The notes under the pieces are model-generated. The model searched no databases and had not been told where the DNA came from. It worked only from the letters and a program-made list of their open reading frames with translations. From the NCBI GenBank assembly GCA_963826085.1, contig CAWGVN010000001.1, positions 500,768-532,767 on the forward strand: DNA of 32,000 nucleotides, read 5' to 3'. The position numbers were made by a program, and so were the translations under genes. Positions 24,850 to 32,000 of this stretch are shown here, piece after piece. Source of the stretch: an uncultured delta proteobacterium. Its GTDB lineage: Bacteria; Myxococcota_A; Polyangia; Polyangiales; Polyangiaceae. The first letter of the stretch is position 1; every line of letters begins with the position of its first letter.

Positions 24850-25685
24850 TGGGTCGCCTCCAGATCAGCCAGCGCCGCGCGCGTGTCGCGCCCGGCGGGG
24901 AAGAGCCAGTTGCCGGCAAAGCCGGGCGCGCGCTCGAGCTCCGCGCCGCCGCGCCGCCAGCAGGCGTGCTGGGTGGTCACGCGCCCGCCGCGCATGCGCT
25001 CGTAGGTCGCGAAGCCGAGGCGGTACGGCATGTGCGCGCGTGCGAGCTCCTTCTCGATCCGTGATGCCTGCGCCGGCGAGCAGCCGAGCCCTGTGTCGAA
25101 GAGCTGCAGGATGTGCCCGTCTGCGACGCCGCGGAACATGTCTCCGTAGTCGCGCTGTGCGAGATGCGCGGGGATGCTGGTCACCCAGACCGGTACGCCG
25201 GAGAGCGCGCCGCGCCGGAGCTCGCGCACCACGGCCGCCCACTCTGCGAGCCGCCGAACCGGCGCGTCGTAGTCGAGCTGCACCTCGCTGATGCGCGCGC
25301 CGGTAGCGCGGGCCTCGGCCATCACCTCGCCGAGCTGCGGCTCGAGATCGCGTGCGAGCGCATGCGGCGCGCCGATGCGGGCGTGCACGGAGTCCTCGAG
25401 GCGGACGACGAGCGCGACGCTACGGCCCGCAGCTACCGGCGACAGCCCCCTCCGCAACGCGAGCGCGCCGCCGCGGCGCACCGACACGCTCGCTACCAGC
25501 ACACCGGGTGCGAGCCTGGGCTGCTTTTCACGCGACGTCGCGAGCAGCGCGGCGTCCGTCCGCGTCCAGATCCAGAGCCCATCGACGCGCGGCGGCGTGC
25601 GGAGCGGCGCGCGGGGCGTCGGCCACGCCGCCACAAACAAACCCACCGCCAGGAGGGGAGCCCCGAGCCACACGTACGCCCGCAT
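24846..25685 (-). CDS. Membrane-anchored hypothetical protein, possibly DUF3142-like / TIM-barrel glycosidase-like
   Basis: N-terminal anchor MRAYVWLGAPLLAVGLFVAAW. An alternating beta/alpha pattern follows (GLWIWTRTD, VALVVRLED, ISEVQLDYDAP, VPVWVTSIP, ILQLFDTG). The family assignment is from memory only. Confidence 0.65.
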   Translation of the reverse strand: MRAYVWLGAPLLAVGLFVAAWPTPRAPLRTPPRVDGLWIWTRTDAALLATSREKQPRLAPGVLVASVSVRRGGALALRRGLSPVAAGRSVALVVRLEDSVHARIGAPHALARDLEPQLGEVMAEARATGARISEVQLDYDAPVRRLAEWAAVVRELRRGALSGVPVWVTSIPAHLAQRDYGDMFRGVADGHILQLFDTGLGCSPAQASRIEKELARAHMPYRLGFATYERMRGGRVTTQHACWRRGGAELERAPGFAGNWLFPAGRDTRAALADLEATQ

Positions 25686-25745
25686 CGTCCAGGGCTTGAA
25701 CGCTCCCGGACGCGAGGCGCTTCCCGGCGGGCGCGCTCCCGGCCG

Positions 25746-26309
25746 CTACATCAGCGACTGGATCTGCTTCGCGAGCGCTTTCTCGTCGCCTGCGTGGAAG
25801 CCGGAGTGGACGAAGCGGACCACGCCGTTCTGGTCGATAATGTAGCTGGTGGGCATGGTGCCGGGCTTGTACTGGCCGGCCACGGTCTGGCCCTTGTCCC
25901 ACGCTAGCGGGAAGCTCACGCCGGTGTCCTTGGCGAATGCCTTGATGCCGCTCGGGTCGTCGTCGACGCTGACGCCGATGACCATCAGCTTGTCGCCGAA
26001 CTTGTCGAGCAGCTTCTGGTAGGCCGGGAACGAGTCCTTGCAGGGCGCGCACCACGTCGCCCAGAAGTCCACGATGAGCACCTTGCCGTCCGCGTCGGAC
26101 GGCGAGACCTCGTCGGCGCCGTACTGTGCCTTGAGCTGGAAGTCGGGAGCCTTCTGCCCGACCATGGGACTGTCATCCGCCGACTTGGCGCCCCCCGCGC
26201 CCATCGCCCCGCCGCAGCCGGCGACCATGCCAGAGAGCGAAAGCGAGCACGCGACGAGCACTGCCGAGAGCAGCGCGCCGCGACGAACCGAGAAACATCC
26301 GTGGGTCAT
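25746..26309 (-). CDS. TlpA/ResA-family thiol:disulfide oxidoreductase lipoprotein
   Basis: The ATG at 26309 is followed by the lipobox ...GMVAGC. GQKAPDFQL...GKVLIVDFWATWCAPCKDSFP carries the CxxC motif, followed by ...MPTSYIIDQNGVVR. The ORF-track start at 26702 is an unsupported upstream extension. Confidence 0.85.
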   Translation of the reverse strand: MTHGCFSVRRGALLSAVLVACSLSLSGMVAGCGGAMGAGGAKSADDSPMVGQKAPDFQLKAQYGADEVSPSDADGKVLIVDFWATWCAPCKDSFPAYQKLLDKFGDKLMVIGVSVDDDPSGIKAFAKDTGVSFPLAWDKGQTVAGQYKPGTMPTSYIIDQNGVVRFVHSGFHAGDEKALAKQIQSLM

Positions 26310-26500
26310 CGACAATCTTTCCTGGGGTTGGGAGGGGGATTCAGCCGGTATCGGCCGACTGGCCCAGAGGGGGGCCGTGGGCGTAAACTCGTAGCACAAG
26401 GCGCGAGTCCGGAGGTATCCGTCGATCGAGGGACGGACCTTCAAAGCGACGGTGCGGCACATCCAGCGATCGGCCGTACGTCCAGTCGTATGCTCCCGCC

Positions 26501-27391
26501 GTGTCCGTCCGCTCCGCCCTGGCTTCCGCCCTCGCCTGCACGCTCGCCGCGTGCGCTTCGGGACCGCCCGTGGCGCTTCGCTCGCAGCCGGCGGAGGTGG
26601 CAGCGTCGAGCGCGCCGGCAGCCGCACCGCGACGGTCCCCTGCCCCGCCCGCGGACGCGCCGCCCGCCGCACCGGCTCCCGAAGCACCCGCCACTGCTCC
26701 ACAACCAGCTCCGCATTTCACGGATCTGCCGGTCCCCGGGCACCAACCGGCGCGGCTCTGGGTTCCCGGCGGTCGCGAGCGGCGGCCGCTGATCGTCGTG
26801 GCGCACGGCGCGGGCGGGCGCGCCGAGTGGCATTGCGAGCTGTGGCGGAAGATCACCGGCGGCGACGCGTTCGTGCTCTGTCCACGTGGAACGCCCGTCA
26901 ACCCGCACGCGAGCAGCGGCTACTTCTTCAGGAACGACCCGGCGCTGGAGAGCGAGGTGCTGGCCGCGGTCGGCGCGCTGCGCGCGGCGTACGCTCGCGT
27001 CGATCCGGGGCCAGCGGTGTTCGCGGGCTACTCGCAGGGTGCCATCATGGGAGCACTGATGGCGCACCGGCATCCGGATCTCTTTCCGCGCCTCGTGCTC
27101 GTGGAAGGCGGCCACGACTGGGACATCCCCTCGGCGCGTCACTGGCACGACGGCGGCGGAAAGCGCGTGCTGTTCGTGTGCGGGCGACGGGTGTGCGACA
27201 AGGACGCGAAGAGCGCGCGCGGCTGGCTCGAGCACGAGGGCGTCGAGACGCGCGTCGAGTACGTCCCCGGCGCCGGCCACACGCCCGCGGGCAAGGTGGC
27301 TGACCGCGTCGACGCGGCGTTTGGATGGGTCGTGGAAGACGACGCGCGCTGGCAGGCCGGCGACGCAGCGCGCCATCCATCGCGCAACTAG
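26501..27391 (+). CDS. Alpha/beta-hydrolase (esterase/dienelactone-hydrolase-like) lipoprotein
   Basis: GTG start. Lipobox ALACTLAAC, then an Ala/Pro linker. PLIVVAHGAGG (oxyanion region), the nucleophile elbow GYSQG, and ...VPGAGHT (His). Confidence 0.75.
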   Translation: MSVRSALASALACTLAACASGPPVALRSQPAEVAASSAPAAAPRRSPAPPADAPPAAPAPEAPATAPQPAPHFTDLPVPGHQPARLWVPGGRERRPLIVVAHGAGGRAEWHCELWRKITGGDAFVLCPRGTPVNPHASSGYFFRNDPALESEVLAAVGALRAAYARVDPGPAVFAGYSQGAIMGALMAHRHPDLFPRLVLVEGGHDWDIPSARHWHDGGGKRVLFVCGRRVCDKDAKSARGWLEHEGVETRVEYVPGAGHTPAGKVADRVDAAFGWVVEDDARWQAGDAARHPSRN

Positions 27392-27529
27392 TGCGTACGA
27401 ACGCCCCGGGTGGCGCACAATGCCCCGCCGGCGGCGTCGCAAGCCCGCAAGATCGCGTGGAGCCCGCGAGGCACGGCAATTGCTCGACGCTGCCCGCGGT
27501 CCTTGCACTCGAACCACCCTGGAGCCTCC

Positions 27530-27844
27530 ATGACCATGACCCATGGGCGTTCCCGCCCGCTCGCTCTCCCCGCCCACCGCGCGGCTACCGTCGACATCCA
27601 CGACGCGGTCGCCGGCGTGCTGTCGGTGCTCGAAATCGACGCGCCACGCGACGACGACGTGGCTTGCACGGTGGAGTCGGCCCTGTTCGATCTGCGCATC
27701 CAGATCGTGCGGGTCCGCTCGCGCACCACCCGGCGCCGCGCAGTGCACCAGTACGAGGTAGTGGAGTTCGACGGTGCTCCGCTGCGTAGTGGAAGACAGC
27801 GGCAGGTGCGGAGAGAGCTCGCCGCGCGTCTGCGCGCTTCGTGA
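27530..27844 (+). CDS. Hypothetical small protein (104 aa)
   Basis: The ATG at 27530 is preceded by GGAG 5 nt upstream, and GC3 is high. No recognisable family. It overlaps only a long antisense ORF of nonsense composition. Confidence 0.4.
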   Translation: MTMTHGRSRPLALPAHRAATVDIHDAVAGVLSVLEIDAPRDDDVACTVESALFDLRIQIVRVRSRTTRRRAVHQYEVVEFDGAPLRSGRQRQVRRELAARLRAS

Positions 27845-27974
27845 CCGCGTCCACCGCGCCGCACACCCGGATCCCGGGACGACTTTGATCGTCGTCAACA
27901 TATTTCCGTAGGGATCGGGGCGTTGGTACGGGCACCGAGGGAGCAGGAGGGTTACGATCACCGGGAGAGGGATC

Positions 27975-28376
27975 GTGATCCAGTGGACCGTCAAGAGGGT
28001 GCTCGCTCGCGCACCCCGCCCGGGCTACCCGCACGAGAGCGTCTCGCGCGCCGAGGTCGAGAACTGGGTGCGTGAAGCGCGCAGCCTCGGAATCACCACC
28101 GTCATCTGCTTGCTCTCGGATCCGGAGCTCGGGATGTACGCGGCTGCGCTGGCGGTCGTCGGCGGCCTGCTCGGCTTCTACCGCTCGCGCGGGCTGGAAG
28201 TCCGCCACATCCCCATCGACCCCGAGCACGAGCCGGTCATGACCGAGGCGCAGCTCGCGGAAGTCGTGGACGCCTTCAACCAGGCGGACAAGCCGGTCGT
28301 TCTCCATGCTTCGGCAGGCGGAGCGCGCACCGAGGCCGCGGTCGAACAATTGAAGGAGCTGCTCGGCAGCTGCTAG
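27975..28376 (+). CDS. Dual-specificity/PTP-fold-like protein lacking the catalytic Cys (P-loop reads HASAGGAR)
   Basis: GTG start after GGGAGAGGGA. RVLARAPRPGYP..., GITTVICLLSD, GLEVRHIPIDPEHEP and KPVVLHASAGGARTEAAV align with the DSP pattern ...PVLVHCxAGxxRTG.... Confidence 0.6.
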   Translation: MIQWTVKRVLARAPRPGYPHESVSRAEVENWVREARSLGITTVICLLSDPELGMYAAALAVVGGLLGFYRSRGLEVRHIPIDPEHEPVMTEAQLAEVVDAFNQADKPVVLHASAGGARTEAAVEQLKELLGSC

Positions 28377-28453
28377 CCGGGGCAGGGCCCGATGGCGGCG
28401 TTTCCGGAGCGCGCCGCCGAACCTGGTTGACCACGACCGCGCGCCGCACGAGC

Positions 28454-29411
28454 ATGCGCGGCGTGAATCGCTTCCTCTTCTTTGCTTTGTCATCTCTCGC
28501 CATCGGGTGCGGAGCGCGCACCGCTCTGCACGAGCCCCCGCCCGACGCGGGGATCGTCGATGCGAGTCAGGACGTGTCCGACGCCGCTCCCGACGTGTCT
28601 GACGCCGCTCCCGACGTGACCGACGCCGCTCCCGACGTATTCGACGCCGCTCCCGACGTGCACCACGTCAGCTGCGAGGAAGCCGGCATCACGTACATCT
28701 ACTTGATTTCGTCGGAGAACGAGCTGTTGCGCTTCTACCCGCCGAGCCTGAAGTTCAAGACGATCGGGACCATCAACTGTCCCTCCGGATTCGGCGACAC
28801 CCCGTTCTCGATGGCGGTCGACCGCGACGGCATCGCCTACATCCTGTTCTCGCAGGGCGAGCTGATGCGCGTCAGCACGAAGACGGCGTCATGCCAGCTC
28901 ACACCCTTCGTCCCGGGCCAGGGCGGCTTCCCAACCACTTTCGGCATGGGATTTTCGGCCAACCTGAACGACCCCGGGGAAACGCTCTACGTCGCCGGCG
29001 ATAATTTCAGCGGCAGCGCCACTGCGCTGGCCACAATCGAACGTCAGCACGTTTGCTCTGACGACCGTCGCGCCGTTCACGCAGGCCATCGGCAATCCCG
29101 AGCTCACCGGCACCGGCGACGGGCGACTGTTCGGTTTCGGCCCCGGGACACCGAACTCGCACATCGCCGAGATCGACAAGGACACCGCGCAGATCAAGAG
29201 CGACGTGCTGATCGACCTGCAGCAGAGCCAGTTCTCGGCGTGGGCGTTCGCGTTCTGGGGCGGCGACTTCTACACGTTCACGTCGTCGTCGCAGGGCAGC
29301 TCGGTCGTCCACCGCTACACGCCCGGCGGCAGCACAACGCCGCCGGTCGTGGCCAAGACGAACGTGACGATCGTGGGCGCGGGCGTGTCGACCTGCGCCC
29401 CGTCCAAGTAG
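28454..29411 (+). pseudogene. Hypothetical beta-rich lipoprotein, reading frame broken by an apparent 1-nt insertion near 29039-29043 (pseudogene or sequence error)
   Basis: ATG 28454 is followed by MRGVNRFLFFALSSLAIGC (lipobox). Coding-like translation runs to ...GSATALATIE (~29041), then continues in the +1 frame as VSTFALTTVAPFTQAIGNPELTGTGDGRLFGFGPGTPNSHIAEIDKDTAQIKSDVLIDLQQSQFSAWAFAFWGGDFYTF...CAPSK* (stop at 29411). The original frame turns into Arg/His-rich nonsense that runs on to 30541. Confidence 0.6.
28571..28660 (+). repeat. 21-bp tandem repeat x4.3 inside the lipoprotein linker (encodes DV[S/T/F]DAAP heptads)
   Basis: GACGTGTCCGACGCCGCTCCC / GACGTGTCTGACGCCGCTCCC / GACGTGACCGACGCCGCTCCC / GACGTATTCGACGCCGCTCCC / GACGTG. 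Confidence 0.9.
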
Positions 29412-29420
29412 GGGAGGCTC

Positions 29421-30341
29421 ATGTCGATCTACGGATGGTTCAAGGGAAAGGGCCCGAGCGGCTTCGGCTACAGCTCGACTGCGGAGCAGGTCACCGAGGG
29501 GCTCGATCTCTCCGGCCGGACGATCCTGGTCACGGGCTGCAACTCCGGGCTCGGGCTGGAGACGTGCCGGGTGCTGTCGAGCCGGGGCGCGCGTCTGATC
29601 GCGGCTGCGCGCACGGAAGACAAGGCGCGGCAGGTCTGCCAGAGCCTCGGAGCCGGCGCTCTGCCCGTGGCCTGCGAGCTGTTCGAGCCCGGGTCGGTGC
29701 GTGCCTGCGTCGAGACGGTGAAGCGCGACGGCGCGAAGCTCGACGCCGTCATCTGCAACGCGGGCATCATGGCGCTGCCGCAACTGCAGCAGGCCTACGG
29801 CTACGAGCTGCAGTTTTTCACCAACCACATCGGGCACTTCCTCCTGGTCACCGGTCTGGTCGATCAGCTCGCTGCCGACGGGCGCGTGGTGATGCTCAGC
29901 AGCAGCGCGCACACTCGAGCCCCGAAAGAAGGCATCCAGTTCGACAATCTCGATGGAAAGCGCGGCTACAGCGGCTGGACCGCCTACGGCCAGTCGAAGC
30001 TCGCGAACCTGCTGTTCGCCAAGGAGCTGGCGCGGCGCTTCGAGGGTTCGCCCCGCACCGCCAACGCGGTGCACCCCGGCGTCATCGCGACGAATCTGGG
30101 GCGCCACATGCCCGCCGTCGCACAGGTGGGGTTTGCGGCGGTCAGCCCGCTGTTCCTGAAGAGCGTCGCCCAGGGCGCGGCCACGCAGTGCTACGTCGCC
30201 ACGCATCCGGACGTGGCCGGCGTGTCCGGCCAGTACTTCGCAGACTGCAACGTCGCCGAGCCGACCCGCCTCGCCAACGACGCCGCGCTGGCCAAGCGGC
30301 TCTGGGAAGAGTCCGAGCGGATCGTGTCTGGAATCGGATAG
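29421..30341 (+). CDS. Short-chain dehydrogenase/reductase (retinol-dehydrogenase/WWOX-like SDR)
   Basis: GGGGAGG SD 4 nt before the ATG. TILVTGCNSGLGLET (TGxxxGxG), NAGIMA, YGQSKLANLLFAKEL (YxxxK). Confidence 0.9.
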   Translation: MSIYGWFKGKGPSGFGYSSTAEQVTEGLDLSGRTILVTGCNSGLGLETCRVLSSRGARLIAAARTEDKARQVCQSLGAGALPVACELFEPGSVRACVETVKRDGAKLDAVICNAGIMALPQLQQAYGYELQFFTNHIGHFLLVTGLVDQLAADGRVVMLSSSAHTRAPKEGIQFDNLDGKRGYSGWTAYGQSKLANLLFAKELARRFEGSPRTANAVHPGVIATNLGRHMPAVAQVGFAAVSPLFLKSVAQGAATQCYVATHPDVAGVSGQYFADCNVAEPTRLANDAALAKRLWEESERIVSGIG

Positions 30342-30377
30342 GCGACCGCGCCGCGGAGCGCGGCCGCCATCCGCGCA

Positions 30378-31835
30378 CTATTTTTCGAAGGGCAGCAGCC
30401 AGGCGAGCTGCGGCTGGTTGCCAGGGTTCGACGAGCCGAGGTTGGTCGGCTCGAGCGTGTACCACTGGAAACCCCACCACGGACCCGCTGCCCACCAGGT
30501 CCAGCCGATCCAGGCGTCCCGGTGCGCTTCCATGTACGTGAGCATGCCCGTCACCGCCGTCTGGCAGGTCGCGTTGTCGCCGCCGGCAAACTCGCCGAGG
30601 AAGCCCCGGTAGTTGTGGCTCTCCAGCCACGCCGTGGCGGCCTTGATGCGATCCACGCCTACGGTGGTGCTCACGCAGGCCGGGTTGGTGCCGGAGCCGT
30701 CCGTGTCGAGGTACTGGTGGAACTCGAACGCGAAGTTATTCCCCGGATCGACGACCCCGGTCATGATCGTGCTGTTCGACAGGGTCGAGCCCTGCGTCGT
30801 CCAGGTGTCGGCCCCGGTCCAGCCGTTGCCCGGCACCAGGATCATCTGTTTGGCGCCTGCGCCGCGGATGGCGGCGATGGCAGCGTTCGCAGCCGACAGC
30901 CACTGCGTCGTCGGCAGATCATGCGGCTCGTTCATCAAACCGAAGACGACGTTGGCGTTGTTCTTGAAATGCCCGGCGAGCTTCGACCAGAAGTCGGCGA
31001 AGTCCGCGTTCGAGACGGTGCCGCCGCCGATGATGTTGCCGTAGTAGCGAGCGTAGTTGTGCGGATCGAGGATGACGTGATCGCCCTTCTGCGTGGCGTA
31101 GCTCACGATTGTGTCGAGGCGCCCGAGCTCCGTCGCGTCCAGCGGATCGCCGGCAGCATGCTGCATGCGTTCCCAACGGAACGGCACGCGCACGATGCTC
31201 ATGCCCTCGCTCCGGAAGTAGTCGACCTCGTCACTGTTCGGGTAGATGTAATTGACGCCGTAGGTCCCCGGCAGGCTCGTATCGCCGAAGTCGGCGCCGG
31301 CCAGGTTGACGCCCGTGAACCAGGTCGAGCCGCTGCCGCCGCTGCCGCCGGTCGACGATCCACCGCTGCCGCCGCTGCCGCCGCTGCCGCCGGTCGACGA
31401 TCCACCGCTGCCGCCGCTGCCGCCGCTGCCGCCGGTAGACGATCCACCGCTGCCGCCCGTGGACGAACCACCACTGCCGCCGGTAGACGAACCACCGCTG
31501 CCGCCGCTGCTCGACGACCCACCCGTGCCGCCAGCAGACGTTCCGCCGCTGCCGCCGCTGCTCGACGACCCACCCGTGCCGCCAGCAGACGTTCCGCCGC
31601 TGCCGCCGCTGCTCGACGTGCCTCCCGCGCCGGACCCGCCTGCGCCTGCACCCGCTGCGCCGGAGCCACCTGTGCCTGCACCACCTGCGCCCGAGCCACC
31701 TGTGCCCGGAGCGCCGCTCGCTCCTCCCGTACCCGGGTAGCCACCCAGGTTGTTGTTGCCACTCGAGCCGCTCCCCCCACACGACACGAGCAGCGTTGAC
31801 ACCACAAGGCCTATTCCGAGTGAACGAAACAACAT
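30378..31835 (-). CDS. Glycoside hydrolase family 5 endoglucanase lipoprotein with long Gly/Ser/Thr linker
   Basis: The ATG at 31835 is followed by MLFRSLGIGLVVSTLLVSC (lipobox). The catalytic domain shows GVNLAGADFG, VRVPFRWERMQ, HNYARYY, LMNEPHD (acid/base Glu) and FLGEFAGG (nucleophile Glu). The ORF-track start at 31964 is an upstream extension. Confidence 0.9.
   Translation of the reverse strand: MLFRSLGIGLVVSTLLVSCGGSGSSGNNNLGGYPGTGGASGAPGTGGSGAGGAGTGGSGAAGAGAGGSGAGGTSSSGGSGGTSAGGTGGSSSSGGSGGTSAGGTGGSSSSGGSGGSSTGGSGGSSTGGSGGSSTGGSGGSGGSGGSSTGGSGGSGGSGGSSTGGSGGSGSTWFTGVNLAGADFGDTSLPGTYGVNYIYPNSDEVDYFRSEGMSIVRVPFRWERMQHAAGDPLDATELGRLDTIVSYATQKGDHVILDPHNYARYYGNIIGGGTVSNADFADFWSKLAGHFKNNANVVFGLMNEPHDLPTTQWLSAANAAIAAIRGAGAKQMILVPGNGWTGADTWTTQGSTLSNSTIMTGVVDPGNNFAFEFHQYLDTDGSGTNPACVSTTVGVDRIKAATAWLESHNYRGFLGEFAGGDNATCQTAVTGMLTYMEAHRDAWIGWTWWAAGPWWGFQWYTLEPTNLGSSNPGNQPQLAWLLPFEK
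31350..31625. repeat. Nested in-frame tandem repeats (42 bp x2, 24 bp x3, 51 bp x2+) encoding the GH5 Gly/Ser/Thr linker
   Basis: 31350-31391 is identical to 31392-31433. The 24-bp units start at 31434, 31458 and 31482. The 51-bp units start at 31506 and 31557, with a partial unit at 31608. The whole low-complexity linker spans about 31326-31778. Confidence 0.85.
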
Positions 31836-32000
31836 GGCCCTCACGTTGACATGCGCGAGCCTTGCGCGCAGTACACGCAATGGAGGTTCCTGGCCGCACG
31901 CGTTGCGCAGCGCGGTGCGTACCTTGCGCAAGCACTGCGCTCGCGCTGGACGACGTGCAGGCAAGCGTGCACCTCGTGCGAGCCTCAGAGCGGCTTGATC

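Noticed and set aside
22865-25685. Genomic island integrated at ssrA
   Set aside because: There is no integrase, no direct repeat of the tmRNA 3' end and no obvious compositional break visible by eye within the window. I cannot exclude an island boundary further downstream.
26441-27994. 517-aa minus-strand ORF spanning the hydrolase gene and downstream region
   Set aside because: It is antisense to a gene with clear lipobox and GxSxG motifs. Its translation is R/A/G/P-rich with no features.
29412-30541. Continuation of ORF 28427-30541 (704 aa) and minus ORF 29007-30206 across the SDR gene
   Set aside because: After about 29041 the translation becomes Arg/His/Gly nonsense. The SDR frame has TGxxxGxG and YxxxK motifs and a strong SD.
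28571-31778. Tandem repeats as possible CRISPR or other non-coding arrays
   Set aside because: The units are contiguous without spacers, are multiples of 3 nt, and lie in frame inside coding linkers of lipoproteins.

Overview
This is a very G+C-rich chromosomal segment. Codon bias, many lipobox lipoproteins with Asp/Ala/Pro linkers and a eukaryote-like Ser/Thr kinase suggest Myxococcota; that is inference only. I support about 25 protein genes, one tmRNA gene (ssrA, tag ANDNAIALAA) and several repeat or structure elements.

Gene content, in order:
- NDH-2 3' end and a lipase-maturation-factor-like membrane protein.
- A four-helix-bundle (23S-IVS/Avd-like) gene.
- A three-gene translationally coupled operon headed by a 1655-aa secreted multidomain protein.
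- A degraded second copy of the four-helix-bundle cassette.
- A coupled VWA plus TPR/HEAT gene pair.
- A GH92 mannosidase.
- A 2-TM RCK potassium-channel homologue plus an SDR-type epimerase.
- Assorted lipoproteins, an atypical receiver domain convergent with a Ser/Thr kinase, and ssrA.
- A DUF3142-like gene coupled to a 622-aa helical secreted protein.
- A TlpA-type thioredoxin, an alpha/beta hydrolase, a Cys-less PTP-like protein, an SDR and a GH5 endoglucanase.

Most unusual signals:
- A ~0.59-kb cassette (four-helix-bundle ORF plus structured leader) occurs twice in direct orientation, 8.1 kb apart. The two copies bracket the giant-protein operon, and the second copy is killed by a precise 30-bp deletion that creates a TAG.
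- A ~210-nt imperfect inverted-repeat element lies between convergent genes.
- Two lipoprotein genes each carry an apparent single-base frameshift.
- Several catalytic or selectivity motifs are degenerate: kinase HRDVTPWN, receiver lacking the DD pair, PTP loop HAxxGxxR, channel filter TVGFAE.

I see no integrase, transposase, CRISPR array, reverse transcriptase or recognisable defence-system enzyme. No finding here amounts to a demonstrated new system. All domain calls rest on motif recognition by eye, not on searches.
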